Assembly (NCBI RefSeq): GCF_009914755.1
Contig: NC_060929.1
DNA from: the human T2T-CHM13v2.0 reference genome, Homo sapiens
DNA: 64,000 nt
Direction: 5' to 3' (one strand)
A model generated the notes under the pieces. The model searched no databases. It had not been told where the DNA came from and saw nothing but the letters and a program-made list of their open reading frames with translations. A program made the translations under genes and the position numbers. Positions 12,564 through 26,440 of this stretch are shown here, piece by piece (the first letter of the stretch is position 1; every line of letters starts with the position of its first letter).

Positions 12564-13153
12564 GACTAAGTCGTCAGGGGGCCACAGTCTTTCTTCAGGC
12601 CACAGTCCCCAAACAGAGCATACGGGATTCCCACTGTATTCGGGAGAGTTATGAAGTGTATAGAACTCTGTAAAGTTGTAAAGGTGGAAACTATCTGATC
12701 CCAGGGGCACTACTCACTTTGTAGATGTCATAGATTTCTGTATCCATTAGGACAATTTTAATACTGATGCGAGTAGTATCTTCCTCCAATAAAATCAGCA
12801 TAGAATGTCAATTTTCCAGTAGATAGAAGTATATAACTTGAGGAGGGGTTGGCTGGAGGGGTTCCTACCAGGACAGCTGATCTCAGATGATGAGTTGGAG
12901 AGGGTCATGTCTATGCTTCAGGACAGTCCATCTTCTAATTTCCCTTCACATCACATCCTAGAACAGGAAACTCCCTTTGTCCTTCCAGCTTTGAAGATTT
13001 TTCATTCCATTTCTCTGTCTTCTCCCATTTTTTAGAGATGGAGGAAGGAAGGGTATCAGGTTTAGTAAGCTAATAGAAATAGGATTTTAAAACTATTTTT
13101 GTTTTTTTTTTCTTTTCCAACAGCAGACATAAAAATCAAGAAATGGAATTGGA

Positions 13154-13825
<672 letters not shown>

Positions 13826-14199
13826 TGATAATCATAACAACTTCCTATTATGAGGATTAAGATAGAAAAAAAGAAGCCACAATTATTCATAAAAATCAAA
13901 TAAAAACAAGACCCTAATTCAATAAATTTACAATTTGTCCATTCTCTGGCATTCAGTATTACGTAAGTAATATATTTATGCACATTGTGTAATCTGCTTG
14001 GTGGGTTTAGCACAAGTCCTAGCACATAGTAAACACTGAATAAATACTAGGTAGTAATAGTTTTTAAGCCTCTATACAATCGAGTTCATGGCCTCTTACG
14101 ACCTAGTAGTTTTTTATTCACACATTTATGACAGTTGGTATAAAGGACATTTTTTGTTGTTTTTATTTTGGGGAGTTAGGAAACCTGTTTGTTTTCAGA

Positions 14200-14575
14200 A
14201 TTTTTAGGCTGTGAGTGTCCATTTACCATTTCTAATACAGTCCTGATTTCCTTTTGGTAACAACATTGTTAAAAGAGGTAGCATGTGACCCAGGGGCGAC
14301 TAGTTTGACATGCATTCATACCAGGAATTTGAATCTCAAAAATAAAGAGGAAAAGAGAGTTCAAAAAAGATGGAGCCTAGCAATTCAGCTACAGTACCCT
14401 ATCTATGAGTGATGGCATCATTCCCCCAGACTATCCTGGTTTCTTCCAATTCCCAAGCCTGGCTCGCCAGCCATCCATTGAATATGTATACCATGAATAT
14501 CCTTTCTATAAATTCCTTTTGGCTTTAATTGGCCAGAGTCAGCTTATCTTAATTTCAACTAAAGGATTCCACCGG
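14200..14575 (+). mobile_element. old MLT1 (N2/M-like) LTR
   Basis: 'gcatgtgacccagg', 'ccaggaatttgaatct' and 'taaattccttttggctttaattggccagagtcagc'. Confidence 0.5.
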
Positions 14576-14679
14576 ATAAACGAAGCATCATCATTAGCTA
14601 TTTGATTCAGCTTTCAATAACAAATAACTTCAGTGTTTCCAATTAGCCTCCAATAACAGCAAACTTTATCCATTTTAGT

Positions 14680-14870
14680 GATAGTAATACTGTTAATATT
14701 AAAAATAGTTGTATTTGTGTATTTTACATGCATGATCTTATGTAAGATTCCTGACAACTTAAATAGTTGGGTACTAAGTTTGTCTCCATTATACAGATGA
14801 GGGAACTGAGGCTGTCTGAATTCAAGGAACTTTCCAAGAGCCACAATCAGTACCTGGTAGAAACGAAATT
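14680..14870 (-). mobile_element. MIR
   Basis: Core 'ctccattatacagatgagggaactgaggct'. Confidence 0.7.
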
Positions 14871-16069
14871 GTCATCTTATATCCAGCATTCTTTCCCTGT
14901 AACAACAAAGCCCTTTCTCTTAGAACTGAGCCACCCACTATTGCCTACTAGCTTAAAAGCGAGCAGGGATCATAATACAAAATCACCTGTACCTTCAGTG
15001 TTGGTATGCCATGATTATTCCTCATAATCACCAGGTTACCAGGCAACAAGCTGTAAGATGAATAGCACATTGGGAAGATAAAATGATTGGAGGGAGAATT
15101 AACTGATCTCTTTTATCTTCAGAATTATGCCTCAGACTTTGCTCTCTGTCGTTAGCTTTCTTTCAGTCATGAAATACATACATTTATTTTTTCCAAAACC
15201 TTAAAAGATTATATTTCCACCAAAAAAATTATCCATTATTTCAATGGCATCAAAACTTGCTATATAAAGAACGACTTTGCATAAATTTGATGTGAATTCT
15301 TATATTGAAAGATTAGTTTGAATTTTTGCAGATGATACATCTGTGCTATCTTACCCCAATTTCTTTCTCAGTATTTCTTAAAAGATGTTGCTTAAAATAA
15401 AATCAACTGAGCTATCATCACACCTCCATATAGAAGACATAGAAATTTTGTATGATTTGATTGATAAATCAGCTTGTTAATATTCATTTAAAAGCTCTTT
15501 TACCTGGATCTTATTTCTTTCTTTGTGCGCTTATCTAGACTTTTTAAAATTTCCTTTTTTGTACTCTTGCATTTTAAGTCCCAGAAGCTCAGTCTATTTA
15601 AAAATGCTTTGTCCACACTTTCTCTTGTACCTGAAACTGAACACACAAACACACCTGTGTACACACATATTGCCCTGTCTAAAACCTCATCCGCTTATTT
15701 TAGAATTTATATTATGGATGTATTGATTACTTCTTCTCAAGCTCTCTTGAAACTAATATATGTTGTAGAAGAAACACCATTGTGGAAAAGAGCACAAAAG
15801 GAAAAGAAGAAAAGAACCACTACTTGGAATATGTAGTAACAGTAATCAGTTAAGTATGAATCATATCCATTCTAAGGCAGTTGAAAAAATGTGTGTAAAT
15901 GCTAAAGGGAAATATAAACAGTACTTTAAGCAAATGTATAGATGAAAATATCAGGCAATTATAAACAATTATAAATTTATCATAAGTTTTCAATTCTCAT
16001 CTCTTGTTTTGTTTCACCTATACAGTGTTTAAATTTAATTAAACCTAAAGAAAATAAAACAGGATAAAT

Positions 16070-16295
16070 TACTTTAAAATTTGAAAATTCAGTTTCTCTT
16101 GAAAACAGAAAGATCTGGTATTATTTGACACGAATTCTCCATGACAACGACTAACTAAAGCTGAATAGATGCTTCCTTTGGTATACGGGACAGTTTCCAC
16201 AGTCCCCACCCCCCCATCAAACCCCTAATCTAACCTACTTCATTCATTCCCCTTACTTGCCTGGTCCCTATAAGCATGAGATTTTTCTGCTCCTA
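16070..16295. mobile_element. MER102-like hAT-Charlie fragment
   Basis: 'ttctcttgaaaacagaaagatctgg', 'ccacagtccccacc' and 'ttacttgcctggtccctataagcat'. Confidence 0.6.
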
Positions 16296-16479
16296 CCAAC
16301 ACCTGTCTTCAAAACTTCTTCTGTATCTCCTATATTTTGAAATCTTGATGACAGCTTTTTTTTTTAACAATTACAATTTAATGTATTAAACTGATAAGAC
16401 TTAGGTTAAAATGAATCTATAACCAAAAAGACCATGCACAATAAATTCTCAGTATTTTATTTTTAATATATTTCTTAAC

Positions 16480-16715
16480 ATATTAAAAACAAGAATTTAT
16501 TTCTTATAGTTCTGGGGGCTGGAAAGTCCAAGATCAAGGTGCAAACAGATTTGGTGCCTGGTAAGGCTATGCTTTCTCATAGATGGTGTGTTCTGTCTCC
16601 ACTCTCACATGGTGGAAGGGCCAAGGAGCTCCCTTGGGCCTCTTATATCAGGGCACTAGTCCCAGTCAGGAGGGCTCTGCCTTCATGACTAATCACTTCT
16701 GAAAGGCTCTGCCCC
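16480..16715 (-). mobile_element. MLT1A/MSTD-like LTR fragment
   Basis: 'aatttatttcttatagttctgggggctggaaagtccaagatcaaggtg'. Confidence 0.75.
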
Positions 16716-16724
16716 TTTATTCCC

Positions 16725-17650
16725 TTAATTTATATGTTTTAATTGACAGATGAAATTGTATTTACTGTGTACAAATATTTTGAAGTATATGAACATTGTG
16801 GAATGACTAAATCTAGCTAATTAACATATGCATTACCTTACATAGTTATCATTTTTGTGGTAACACTTAACATACACTCTCTTAGTGCTTTTCAAGAATA
16901 TATACAATATATTATTAACTATAGTTATCATATTGTACAATAGATCTCTTAAACATATTTCTCCTATCTAACTGAAATTTTGTATCATTTGACAAATATC
17001 TCTGTAACCCCCCCAGTACCCCCTGACCCTGGTAACCACTATTCTATTTTCTACTTCTATGAGATCAACATTTTTAGATTCTCATATAATGAGATCATGT
17101 GGTATTTGTCTTTCTGTGTTTGGCTTATTTCACTTAATGTAATGTTCTCCAGGTTCATCCATGTTGTCACAATGACAGGCTTTCTTTCTTTTTAAGGCTG
17201 AATAGTACTCCAGTTTGTATATATACCACATTCCTTTACCCGTTCATCTGTTGATGGACCCTTAGGTTGATTCCATGTTTGGCTATTGTGAATAGTGCTG
17301 TAATGAACATGGGAGTGCAGATATCATTTGACATACTGATTTCCCTTCCTTTGGATCCCAGTAGTGGAATTGCTGGATCTTATAGTAGTTCTATTTTTAA
17401 TTTTTTGAGAAACCGCCATACTATTTCCATAATGACTGGACTAATTTACATTGCCACCAACAGTGTGCAAGGGTTTCCTTTTCTCCACATTATCTCCAAC
17501 ACTTGTTATCTTTTGTCGCTTTGATACAAGATGTGAGGTGGTATCTCATTGTAGTTTTGATTTGCAATCCCCTGATGATTAGTCATGTTGAGAATTTTTT
17601 CATATATACCTGTTGGCCATTTATATGTCTTCTTTTGCAAAATGTCTATT
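16725..17650 (-). mobile_element. L1MA 3' portion
   Basis: Antisense L1MA 3'UTR and ORF2 end, e.g. 'ggtaaccactattcta', 'gaatagtgctgtaatgaacatgggagtgcagatatc'. Confidence 0.85.
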
Positions 17651-17654
17651 AATA

Positions 17655-18450
17655 CTCCCTTCTCCCTCGCTGCCTATGTCCAGATGATCATCAGATCATT
17701 TCAGGCCCACATCTAAAACAAATCCCTATTTCTGTCCTTCCTTTATCTCCAAAGTCCCCATCCAGTTTTTTCACTTTGCTCATCTAAATGGCTTTCACAG
17801 ACCACCAACTAAACGTGATTTTCAGGTTTCCCTGCAACCTCTGATCTATTGCTTCAGTGTCCTGATTGTGTCATTCTCTTGCCTAAAATTGTGCTTCCAC
17901 CATTGCTTATGATAAACACTGTAGCATGGCTTTTAAAATCTTACATGGTCTTCCTACCTGTACCCCCAATTCATCTGTCAGCTCTCACCTCCCAAGTCTC
18001 TGCTCCCATCACTCTGCTCCAGCTGTGTGAATGAGTCATCCCTCCTTGCTCAAGCTACTCTACCTGCTCTCGCTACCTGAAAAGTCTATCTTTTTCTTTC
18101 CTTCTCCGCCTCTTCCACTTCCTCTCTTTTCCTTTTCCTTCCCCACCAGACAAAATCGTTATTCCTTCCTAGAATATCATATCCATGATGAGGCTTCTCC
18201 TAAAATCCCAAGCTGGAAGTATTTCTTCTTCTGGAAGTATTTCTGCTTTTGTATTCCCACAGTTCTTAGCTTTTATATTTTTAAATGACTCTTAAGAATT
18301 TCCTTGCACTTAAACTATATGTCAGATGCTTTCATTGGAGTGTAAATTCCTTGAGGCTAGGCACCATATCATAACATGTTTTAATTCTTTTAAAACTTCG
18401 TAAGTCGCTTGTTCACAGTGATAATAGATTCCTGAACATTTACTTAGATT
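17655..18450 (+). mobile_element. L2
   Basis: Pyrimidine-rich L2 body ending in 'tgtaaattccttgaggctaggcacc'. Confidence 0.55.
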
Positions 18451-18660
18451 CACACACTGTGCATAACATTTTACAAGCATATCTCATTTGTCCTTCACAA
18501 AGCTCAGGGTCTCTTATTTTACAGAAAAGGAAAATGAGGCTTTGAGATGTCTATTAACTAGCAAAATGTCCTAACATTAGCAGATGGCAGAACAAAGATT
18601 GAAAATCAGATTTTCCTAATCCAAAGACTATGCCCACTAAACTATATTCTGTGCTATGCT
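18450..18660 (-). mobile_element. MIR
   Basis: 'attttacagaaaaggaaaatgaggct'. Confidence 0.65.
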
Positions 18661-20429
18661 GAAAAAGAATTAGTTCATTTAAATATAAATATAACTTTGA
18701 CCAAAGTGTCAAATAGGCACTAAACAAGTGTGAAAATAGGCACAAATCAGTATTCAGTCTTGAAAAAATACTTCTTTGAAATATTTTCCGTATGTTGGAC
18801 AATTTTCTAACTGAAAGCAATATAGGATTAATAAAACGTTTCAACTTTAAGGTCAACATTTATGTCATAGCTAGTTAATTGGTAGCTTAAATGAAAAGCC
18901 ATCCTATAGATGCAAATCTTGACAAGATCACACATTTAAGTTAATGGTAACTGACATGTCATATCCAAGTAATAAGGGAGTTCCCTCATCAAGTCTCCAG
19001 AGGTCATTAAAGAAAAGATCTTGTAACAGGTTAAAAAAAATAAAAGAGAGAGAATAGAACATTTTAAGTATATATTCTTATTAAAGATATTGACAACAAA
19101 TGGATATGTATTATGTACCATGAGAAGAAAAGAATATTAGATCTTACTTGAGACAATTCAAATTAATTTCCTTGGGGAAATAATGAAATCTAAAGCTGCA
19201 AATCTCATTGAATAGATAAGAGAATGAGAAAATGGGAGATAACTTGTTTAGGGGCAAAAATCTAGTCACATTTTAAGCTCAGCCTAAAATGCAAGTTTTA
19301 CGATTCCTAATTCAGATGTCATGCTGCTGTTCCTCTCTGATATTCTTATATGTTAAGTGTGCCAATGACAATATGTCTTCAGCAGTAGAAAAAGATGTGA
19401 TGTAAGCTGTTTGCATTTTTTAAGTGATGAAGGTAGCTATCAAATCATTCACAGAAGTGGTCTATGCTCACTGTCTCTCGTTTCCTTCCTCCCACTATCT
19501 CCTTAACTCATTTCAATCAAATGTTCGCCTCCACCATGCCACCAAAGCCATGTTGCTCAATCCAGTAGTCATTTCTCACTTCTCAACTAACCTGGCCTCT
19601 CTGTACTTATGGGCACAGTCTCTCAGCATCACCATTATCAGGCACTCTGCCCCTGCCTCTTCCGGCAGGCTGGACATTGAAGATCAGGCTGGTATGCAAG
19701 AGAATGATGCAAGGATATAACACAGTGTGAATTGAGCATCAGCAGAATCTGCTAGAACTATTTTTGGATGGAATCATTTAGGCAAAAGGCAACAGAATTT
19801 TGCATTTAGTCCATCCAAGCTTTCTTCCAACACAAAATTGTTCCAAGACTAACATCTCTAACTTGGTCTCATCTTGGCATTAAATAACCTAAGTGCTAAA
19901 CCCCTTTTCTTTTTGGCTTCCCTCAAGGAAACAATTCCATCATGAATACACCCAGCCTGACTTTCAGAATTTAAAAATGTTTCATATTAGTCTCCTAGAT
20001 TTTCACTTACATCTTAGAAGATTCTTTAGAAATTCTCACAGCCCTAGTTTCCTCAGCTAGAAAACAGGGATAATGTTAGCATGTCTTTCATATAACTGTT
20101 GTGAAGATTATATACAGTGATTTATATAAAGCATTTAGCTTAATGCATTAATAATGCTAGATTTAATTGTACTCATTAGACTTTGCTGGGATGGTAGGTT
20201 AGTTATCTCTTTTAAGGTAGTACGTGTTCTTTAAAGCTCTAAACTCTTCAATTCCCTTGGCTTTTGCACCAGTTCTTTGCTCTACCTCATTGAATAAAAA
20301 TTGTCTGTGTCCATTAGCTTAGCTCAGAGTGTGAGTCACCGGAGAATGAGTCAGGTGTTCCATTACCATGTGCCCTTTATATAATGCTAAGTTCCTTCAC
20401 AGCTTTAGCTCAGATACCAGTCAATCTCA

Positions 20430-20960
20430 CAAAAGTTTGTCTGTCTCAAGGGCTAAGAAATATTCTTTATTATATACTATAGTAATACTATGTGCTATTC
20501 TTAGAAATTAGAAGCATGAAAAAAGACAGACAAAAATCTACCTTTATGTCTTTATAGGAGCTTACATGCATATAGAGAAGAAAGACAATTAAAAACACAA
20601 ATAAGGACAATATACAAATTTGACTCGTGTTCTGGCTCTATTTTAGACTTGTTAAATTTGAAGTGCCCACTAGACATCCAAATAGGCAGTTAGATATCTG
20701 AACTGATGAGCAGAAGTGGCTAAAGAGCTCAGAGGCAAAGTCTGGACAAGAGATATAAACTTGTAGGTCACAAATATATACATAACATTGAAAGCTACCA
20801 CAGTAGTAGGAAAATTAGGAGGTAAGTATATACAGAAAAAAAGAGATAACCTGGGAAATCCAATACTTGGAGATCTGAAAGTAAGAGATAAACCAGCAAA
20901 AGGAACCAAGAGGGATTGGCCAGCAAGTTAGGAGGAAAAACATGTTGCCAGTCAAGGACA
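20430..20960 (-). mobile_element. L2
   Basis: 'agacatccaaataggcagttagatatctgaactga...gagctcagaggcaaagtctggacaagagatataaacttg'. Confidence 0.65.
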
Positions 20961-20964
20961 AGCT

Positions 20965-21258
20965 TTGCCTGGACTACACCCAGCCAATGATTGGGCATGG
21001 TCAAGGCTCCACTTGTGACCACCAATCATCCTGCCTGAATAGCCTACTCTTGCTTGAAGACTCTCCATTGGTCTAGCTGAGATTTTCTCTGAACTGTGCT
21101 ATGGTCTGAGGTTTCTCCTTCCTTTCTCCTTTCACAAGTGCCAAACCTACCTCGTGGTCTGAAAGTTCTTTCTTCCTACTCCTGTTCACTCCCCCTTGGT
21201 CCTTCATAGGTGTTGGCCTGTCTTGGTGTCTGCTTTTCATGCTTTTCAGACCAGACCC
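20965..21258 (+). mobile_element. LTR16-like ERVL LTR fragment
   Basis: 'cagccaatgattgg', 'gactctccattggtctagctgaga' and 'tgtcttggtgtctgctt'. Confidence 0.55.
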
Positions 21259-21264
21259 AATAAT

Positions 21265-21579
<315 letters not shown>

Positions 21580-22785
21580 TAATTTGAAGGCTTGTGTTTT
21601 GCATTATGTTTTAGAGATTTCCCAGGGGATTCCGTTCCAGTCATCCACTGTGCTTTTGTAGTACAGTATTGCTGGGTCATGATCTTTTCAAAATATAAAT
21701 CAGATATGACTTTCCAGCTTGAAATCCTCATAGTAGGAAAAAAATGCAAGAACTACCACATGTAACGTTATGGCTATATGTCTTTATTAATGATCTCTTC
21801 CCTTTTCTGTATCACTTCCCCCTTAACTACCCATTTCCTTTGTGCCTTCCAATAAACTTCTTGCATTTAAAACTTTGTCTCTGGGGAAATTTCTACTAAG
21901 ATATTACAGAAAGAATAATGATCAAAATGTTTACAGTGTTTTTCAGCAGTAACTTAGGAGTGTTATTGTTTTCAGGGTTCCAGGTAAGTAGAAACGCCTG
22001 CATACTAGCTATTAGACAAGTAAGTGGAAATTTCTAATGGCCACTGATCCACATAGCCATAAAGTTGCCTGTGCTCACTCAAGTAGTTTCGGAGATTTCC
22101 ATGTTTCCAATCCCAGGAGCCATTGGAACAACAGATGGCTAAAATATTTTGAGGTTTATTTACCTGCAGAGACTGTGCAGTTAATGAAAAAAAGGTTAGC
22201 AAGTGAACCTAATGCTGGAGTGCACATCTGGATGGAAGCTTTGGACAGCTGGGCATGGATCAATTCTGTTGTCAAAGAATTGAGGATTGTTGTAACTTTC
22301 CCACAAGGCATCTGTGGAAGTCCCCTGTTTCTAAAAGTTTTGGCCCTAGCCTTAGACCCTGTGCTCTTGTTTGTCAACACTTGCCCTTCACTAATACTCT
22401 CAATCCACTGTTAGGTTAAACTAGGATTCAAAAGCCTCCCTCTGTGGGCACCACTGATAACTCTCTAAGACCCTGAGTTTTAATCAGCTCTTCATAATCC
22501 AGCCATGCATTCTCTAGAGAGAGAAACTTTCTCATACCACCCAGCTTCATCTTGGGTCCCTTGTTAAACTATAAAATAATTTAAAACAAGGTAAAAAAAA
22601 AACTAAATTAGGAAGCTAAATCTTCTTAAGAACTCAGCAATTCTACTTCTAAGAATTTATGTAAAGACAATAGAATCAAGGAAGGTCATTATTATTTGTA
22701 CAGCAAGAAAGGGCAACATAAATGCTTAAAAATATGATATATGTTAACTGAATTATTATATAGCCAAATGATTAAAATTCTACAC

Positions 22786-22902
22786 AGTCAAGCATGGTGG
22801 CGTGCATCTGCAGTCCCAGCTACCCTGGAGGCTGTGGCAAAAGGATCACCTGATTCCAGGAGTTTGAATCCAGTTTGGACAATGCAGTGAGAACTTGTCT
22901 CT
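22786..22902 (+). mobile_element. FLAM/Alu monomer (tail displaced to about 23301-23315)
   Basis: 'gcatggtggcgtgcatctgcagtcccagctac...ggatcacctgattccaggagtttga'. Confidence 0.75.
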
Positions 22903-23285
22903 CTCTGTTTTTTGTTTGTTTGTTTGCTTTGTTTTGTTGTTGTTGTTGTTGTTTTGAGACAAAGTCTCACTCTGTTGCCTAGGATGGAGTTCAGTGGCGC
23001 AATCTCAGCTCACTGTAACCTCCGCCTCCCGGTTCAAGCGATTCTCCTGCCTCAGCCTCCTGAGTAGCTGGGACTAGAGGCATGCACCACCATGCCCAGC
23101 TATGGTATTTTTGTTTTTTGTTTTGTTTTGTTTTTTGTATTTTTAGTAGAGATAAGGTTTCACCATGTTGGCCAAACTCCTGACCTCAAGTGATCTGCTG
23201 GTCTCAAGCTCCTGACCTCAAGTGATCTCCCTGCCTCGGCCTCCCAAAGTGCTGAGATTACAGGTATGAGCCACCACACCCGGCC
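22903..23285 (-). mobile_element. AluS inserted into the FLAM
   Basis: 15-bp TSD tgagaacttgtctct at 22888-22902 and 23286-23300, with a (GTT)n-derived tail and an internal duplication. Confidence 0.93.
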
Positions 23286-23439
23286 TGAGAACTTGTCTCT
23301 TAAAAAAACAAAAATGAGAAAAAAATACTACACCATTACTGAAAACATGAAATAATATTCATGATATACTACTGAGTTAAAAAAAAGACAAAATATAAAT
23401 AGAATTCTAAGGAAAATATCTTTTAAAGTATATTATATA

Positions 23440-23670
23440 GAGGCCAGGAGTTTGAGACCAGCCTGGGCAACATAGCAAGACTCCATCACTAGGAAAAGCT
23501 AAAAAATTAGCCGGGTGTGGTGGTGTTACCTTGTAGTTCTAGCTACTTGGGAGGCTAAGGTGGAAGGATCTCTTGAGCCCAGGAGGCTGAGGATGCAGTG
23601 ACCTATGATCATGCTACTGCACTCCAGCCTAGACAACAGAGTGAGACTCCATCTCGTAAAATAAATTAAA
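23440..23670 (+). mobile_element. 5'-truncated AluJ
   Basis: Begins at 'gaggccaggagtttgagacc'. TSD aaagtatattatatag / aaagcatattatatag. Confidence 0.88.
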
Positions 23671-24523
23671 TGTTAAAAGCATATTATATAGTTATATATC
23701 TGCACGTTTATTTCTGCATATGGAGAAAGAAAAGACTAGAAGGATATCACAAATAGTTATTTCTAAGTTGTAGAACTCTTAGTGATTTTCCTCTCTATCT
23801 TTTTCTGAAGTTCTCAATTTTTTGATGATGAATATGATTCTTTCAACATAAGGCAGTAAAAATGGGCAAATACTAGTTTAAGAGAAGAGAAAGAAATTCT
23901 CAATGTGCTCCAAAGACAACTGACATGACTTTGATCTGGATGGGGTGGGGTGGGGCCTGGAGCCAGGGGTCAGGCATCTATGCCAGAGAAGCCGAAGGAG
24001 AGAGGTTTCATTAGCATTTCCTTTCTGTGTCCTGACATCTGCAGGGCCTGAGGGAAGCTGTGGTTACTCTGCCCAGCGATAGAAGAATTTGTGACAGATG
24101 CAAGGGATCATCAAGTACCTTCTGTGTTCTAGGAGAAACAAATCTGCTAAAGGGAGCTGATGTAAACCCCTGACCCCGAAATGAAAGGACAGCAGAGAAA
24201 GATTCCAGTCAGCTCTGCTGCCACGTTCTTCAGAATGAATGAGATTAATTCTTTTAAAGTCATATAAACAAAGGCTTTGTGCTGTTACTCCACAAACAAA
24301 TGTGAAATTCCAGAAGCTGAGCTTTGCGCACACCTACCTGTAAACCCCACACTTGGCTTTAATCTTGGATTAAGAGCTGTCAGGCTTGGTGCTTTGAGCT
24401 AGTCATTTAACCTCCTGGTGCTTTCCAGTGTGATGTTTGGAAAAGTCCAGCAATTATTCTGCCCTTGCTGTTGGAGAAGTTGTGTCGCAAGGTGGGAACA
24501 TAGCTGCAAAATGTAGAACTGTC

Positions 24524-24901
24524 TGATATGGTCTGGATCTGTGTCCCCACCAAAATCTCATATGGAATTATAATCCCCAGTGTTGGAGGAGGGGCCTGGT
24601 GGGAGGTGATTGGATCATGGGGATGAATTTCCCCTTGCTGTTCTCATGATAGTGAGTGTGTTCTCATTAGACCTGGTTGTTTAAAAGTGTGTAGCACCTC
24701 CCCCTTCACTTTCTTCCTTCTTCTCTGGCCATGTAAGACGTGCCTCCTTCCCCTTTGCCTTCCACCGTGATTGTAAGTTTCCTGAGGCCTCCCCGGAAGC
24801 AGAAGCCTGTATAGCCTGTAGAAAGTGAGCCAATTAAACCTCTTTATCACTTACCCAGTTTCAAGTATTTCTTTATAGCAGTGTGAGAATGGACTAATAC
24901 A
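24524..24901 (+). mobile_element. MSTA-like solo LTR
   Basis: tgatatggtctggatctgtgtccccac ... ggactaataca, with 5-bp TSD ctgtc/ttgtc. Confidence 0.92.
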
Positions 24902-25014
24902 TTGTCTCAGGCCTAGTCAACTTTCTGAGCTCTGTAAGAAAGGGCTTTCTCCAGAAAAAAAATCTGAGCTGACATTCATCAGCCCACAGAACTATGGAGA
25001 GCTTTTGACCCAAG

Positions 25015-25420
25015 GGTCAGTTAAGGTTTTTGGTTGCAAGTAACAGAAATTGATTTTGGTTAATTTAAGATAAGCATGATGCGTTGGAAAATTACCAGTG
25101 TAGGAAAGAGAGGGAAGAGTAGCTTGGGCACGAGGCATCAAAAGAAGCATGGATTGTGTTAAGTTTAGAAGTCCAAGAAGGATGGCAACTGCCTTGTAGC
25201 TAGGACAGCTATCAGGTGAGACTAATTTCACTGCTGCTGCTGATGCCACCACCACTGCTGCTGCAATAAATCATCTCTAACATTCCCTCTTGTCCTTGGG
25301 TCATTCGCTCAAGTTACAATGCTCCGGGTGACCAAGCATAGATCATGTGCCTGTCTGATGATTTTATGACTGCAAGCAGAGGGAGGACCTGGCCTCCTGG
25401 AAGCTGCAGTGCAAAGTGCT
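25015..25420 (-). mobile_element. old MLT1 LTR fragment
   Basis: 'gtcagttaaggtttttggttgcaagtaacagaaat'. Confidence 0.5.
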
Positions 25421-25798
25421 TTCCTGGAATTACCCTTCCAATAGTCCCAATTATGGTGACGGAAAGGTAATTCCCCTTAATCTGGGCATGTCTCTTTCTC
25501 ACAATATAGAAAGCCAAACTCATAGTCCAGGCCACCCCACCATCAATTCAACTGAAGAAGGAAATATTGTGACAAAAATCAATGTTGTGTTAAAATCTGG
25601 TTCACGGAATTCTGACCTCAACTAGCTTTTCTGGTCTTATTTCATTACTGCCCTATAAAACCCAGACTACTTGCAACAGTATGTCCTAAAGACAATAGTT
25701 CCACTCTGCTACTTGATTTAAAAGGTGTCCCTTACCCAGAACACAACACCTCTACTAACTTTTACTGTGTATCAAAATCTGTCTATTCTGTAGGGGCT

Positions 25799-26154
25799 TG
25801 ATATGGTTTGGCTGTGTCCCCGCCCAAATCTCATCTTGAATTGTAGATCCCATAATTCTCATGTGTTGTGGGAGAGACCCGGTGGGAGGTAATTGAATCA
25901 TGTGGGCAGTTTCCCCCATACTGTTCTTGTGGTGTGAATAAGTCTCATGAGAGCTGATGGTTTTATAAGGGGAAACCCCTTTCACTTGGTTCTCATTCTC
26001 TCTTGCTGCCTCCAGGTATGAAATATCTTTTGCCTTCCACCATGACTGTGAGTCCTCCCCAGCCATGTGGAACAGTGAATCCATTAAACCTCTTTTTCTT
26101 TATAAATTACCCAGTCTCGGTTATGTATCAGCAGCATGAAAACAGACTAATACA
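25799..26154 (+). mobile_element. THE1 (B/C-like) solo LTR
   Basis: tgatatggtttggctgtgtccc ... aacagactaataca. Confidence 0.93.
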
Positions 26155-26440
26155 GACCTAATTCATAAGTGTCACCTCTGTGACATTTTCCTTGGCCATC
26201 CCTGTTGGAGCAGCTCTCTGCCTCTTCTGAACTCCCATGAGATTCTATGTCCATAACCCTCTGAAGGCCATGACTCAGTGGTTCACCTCCACAGTGATGC
26301 TACTTTGGAAAAATATTCCTTTTGTCCTCTATGTATTGCTGATTCTGCGTCTGTATTAATCTCTCTCACTCTCTCTTTCTTTCTCTCTCTCACACACACC
26401 CCTAGAAACTGTCTAGCAGAGGCAGACTTTCCAGGGGATG

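Noticed and set aside
12718-12957. 240-nt minus-strand exon candidate (tttcctgttctAG ... GTgagta)
   Set aside because: Stops occur in all three frames near its start and the splice sites are only moderate. At most it is non-coding, and nothing else supports it.
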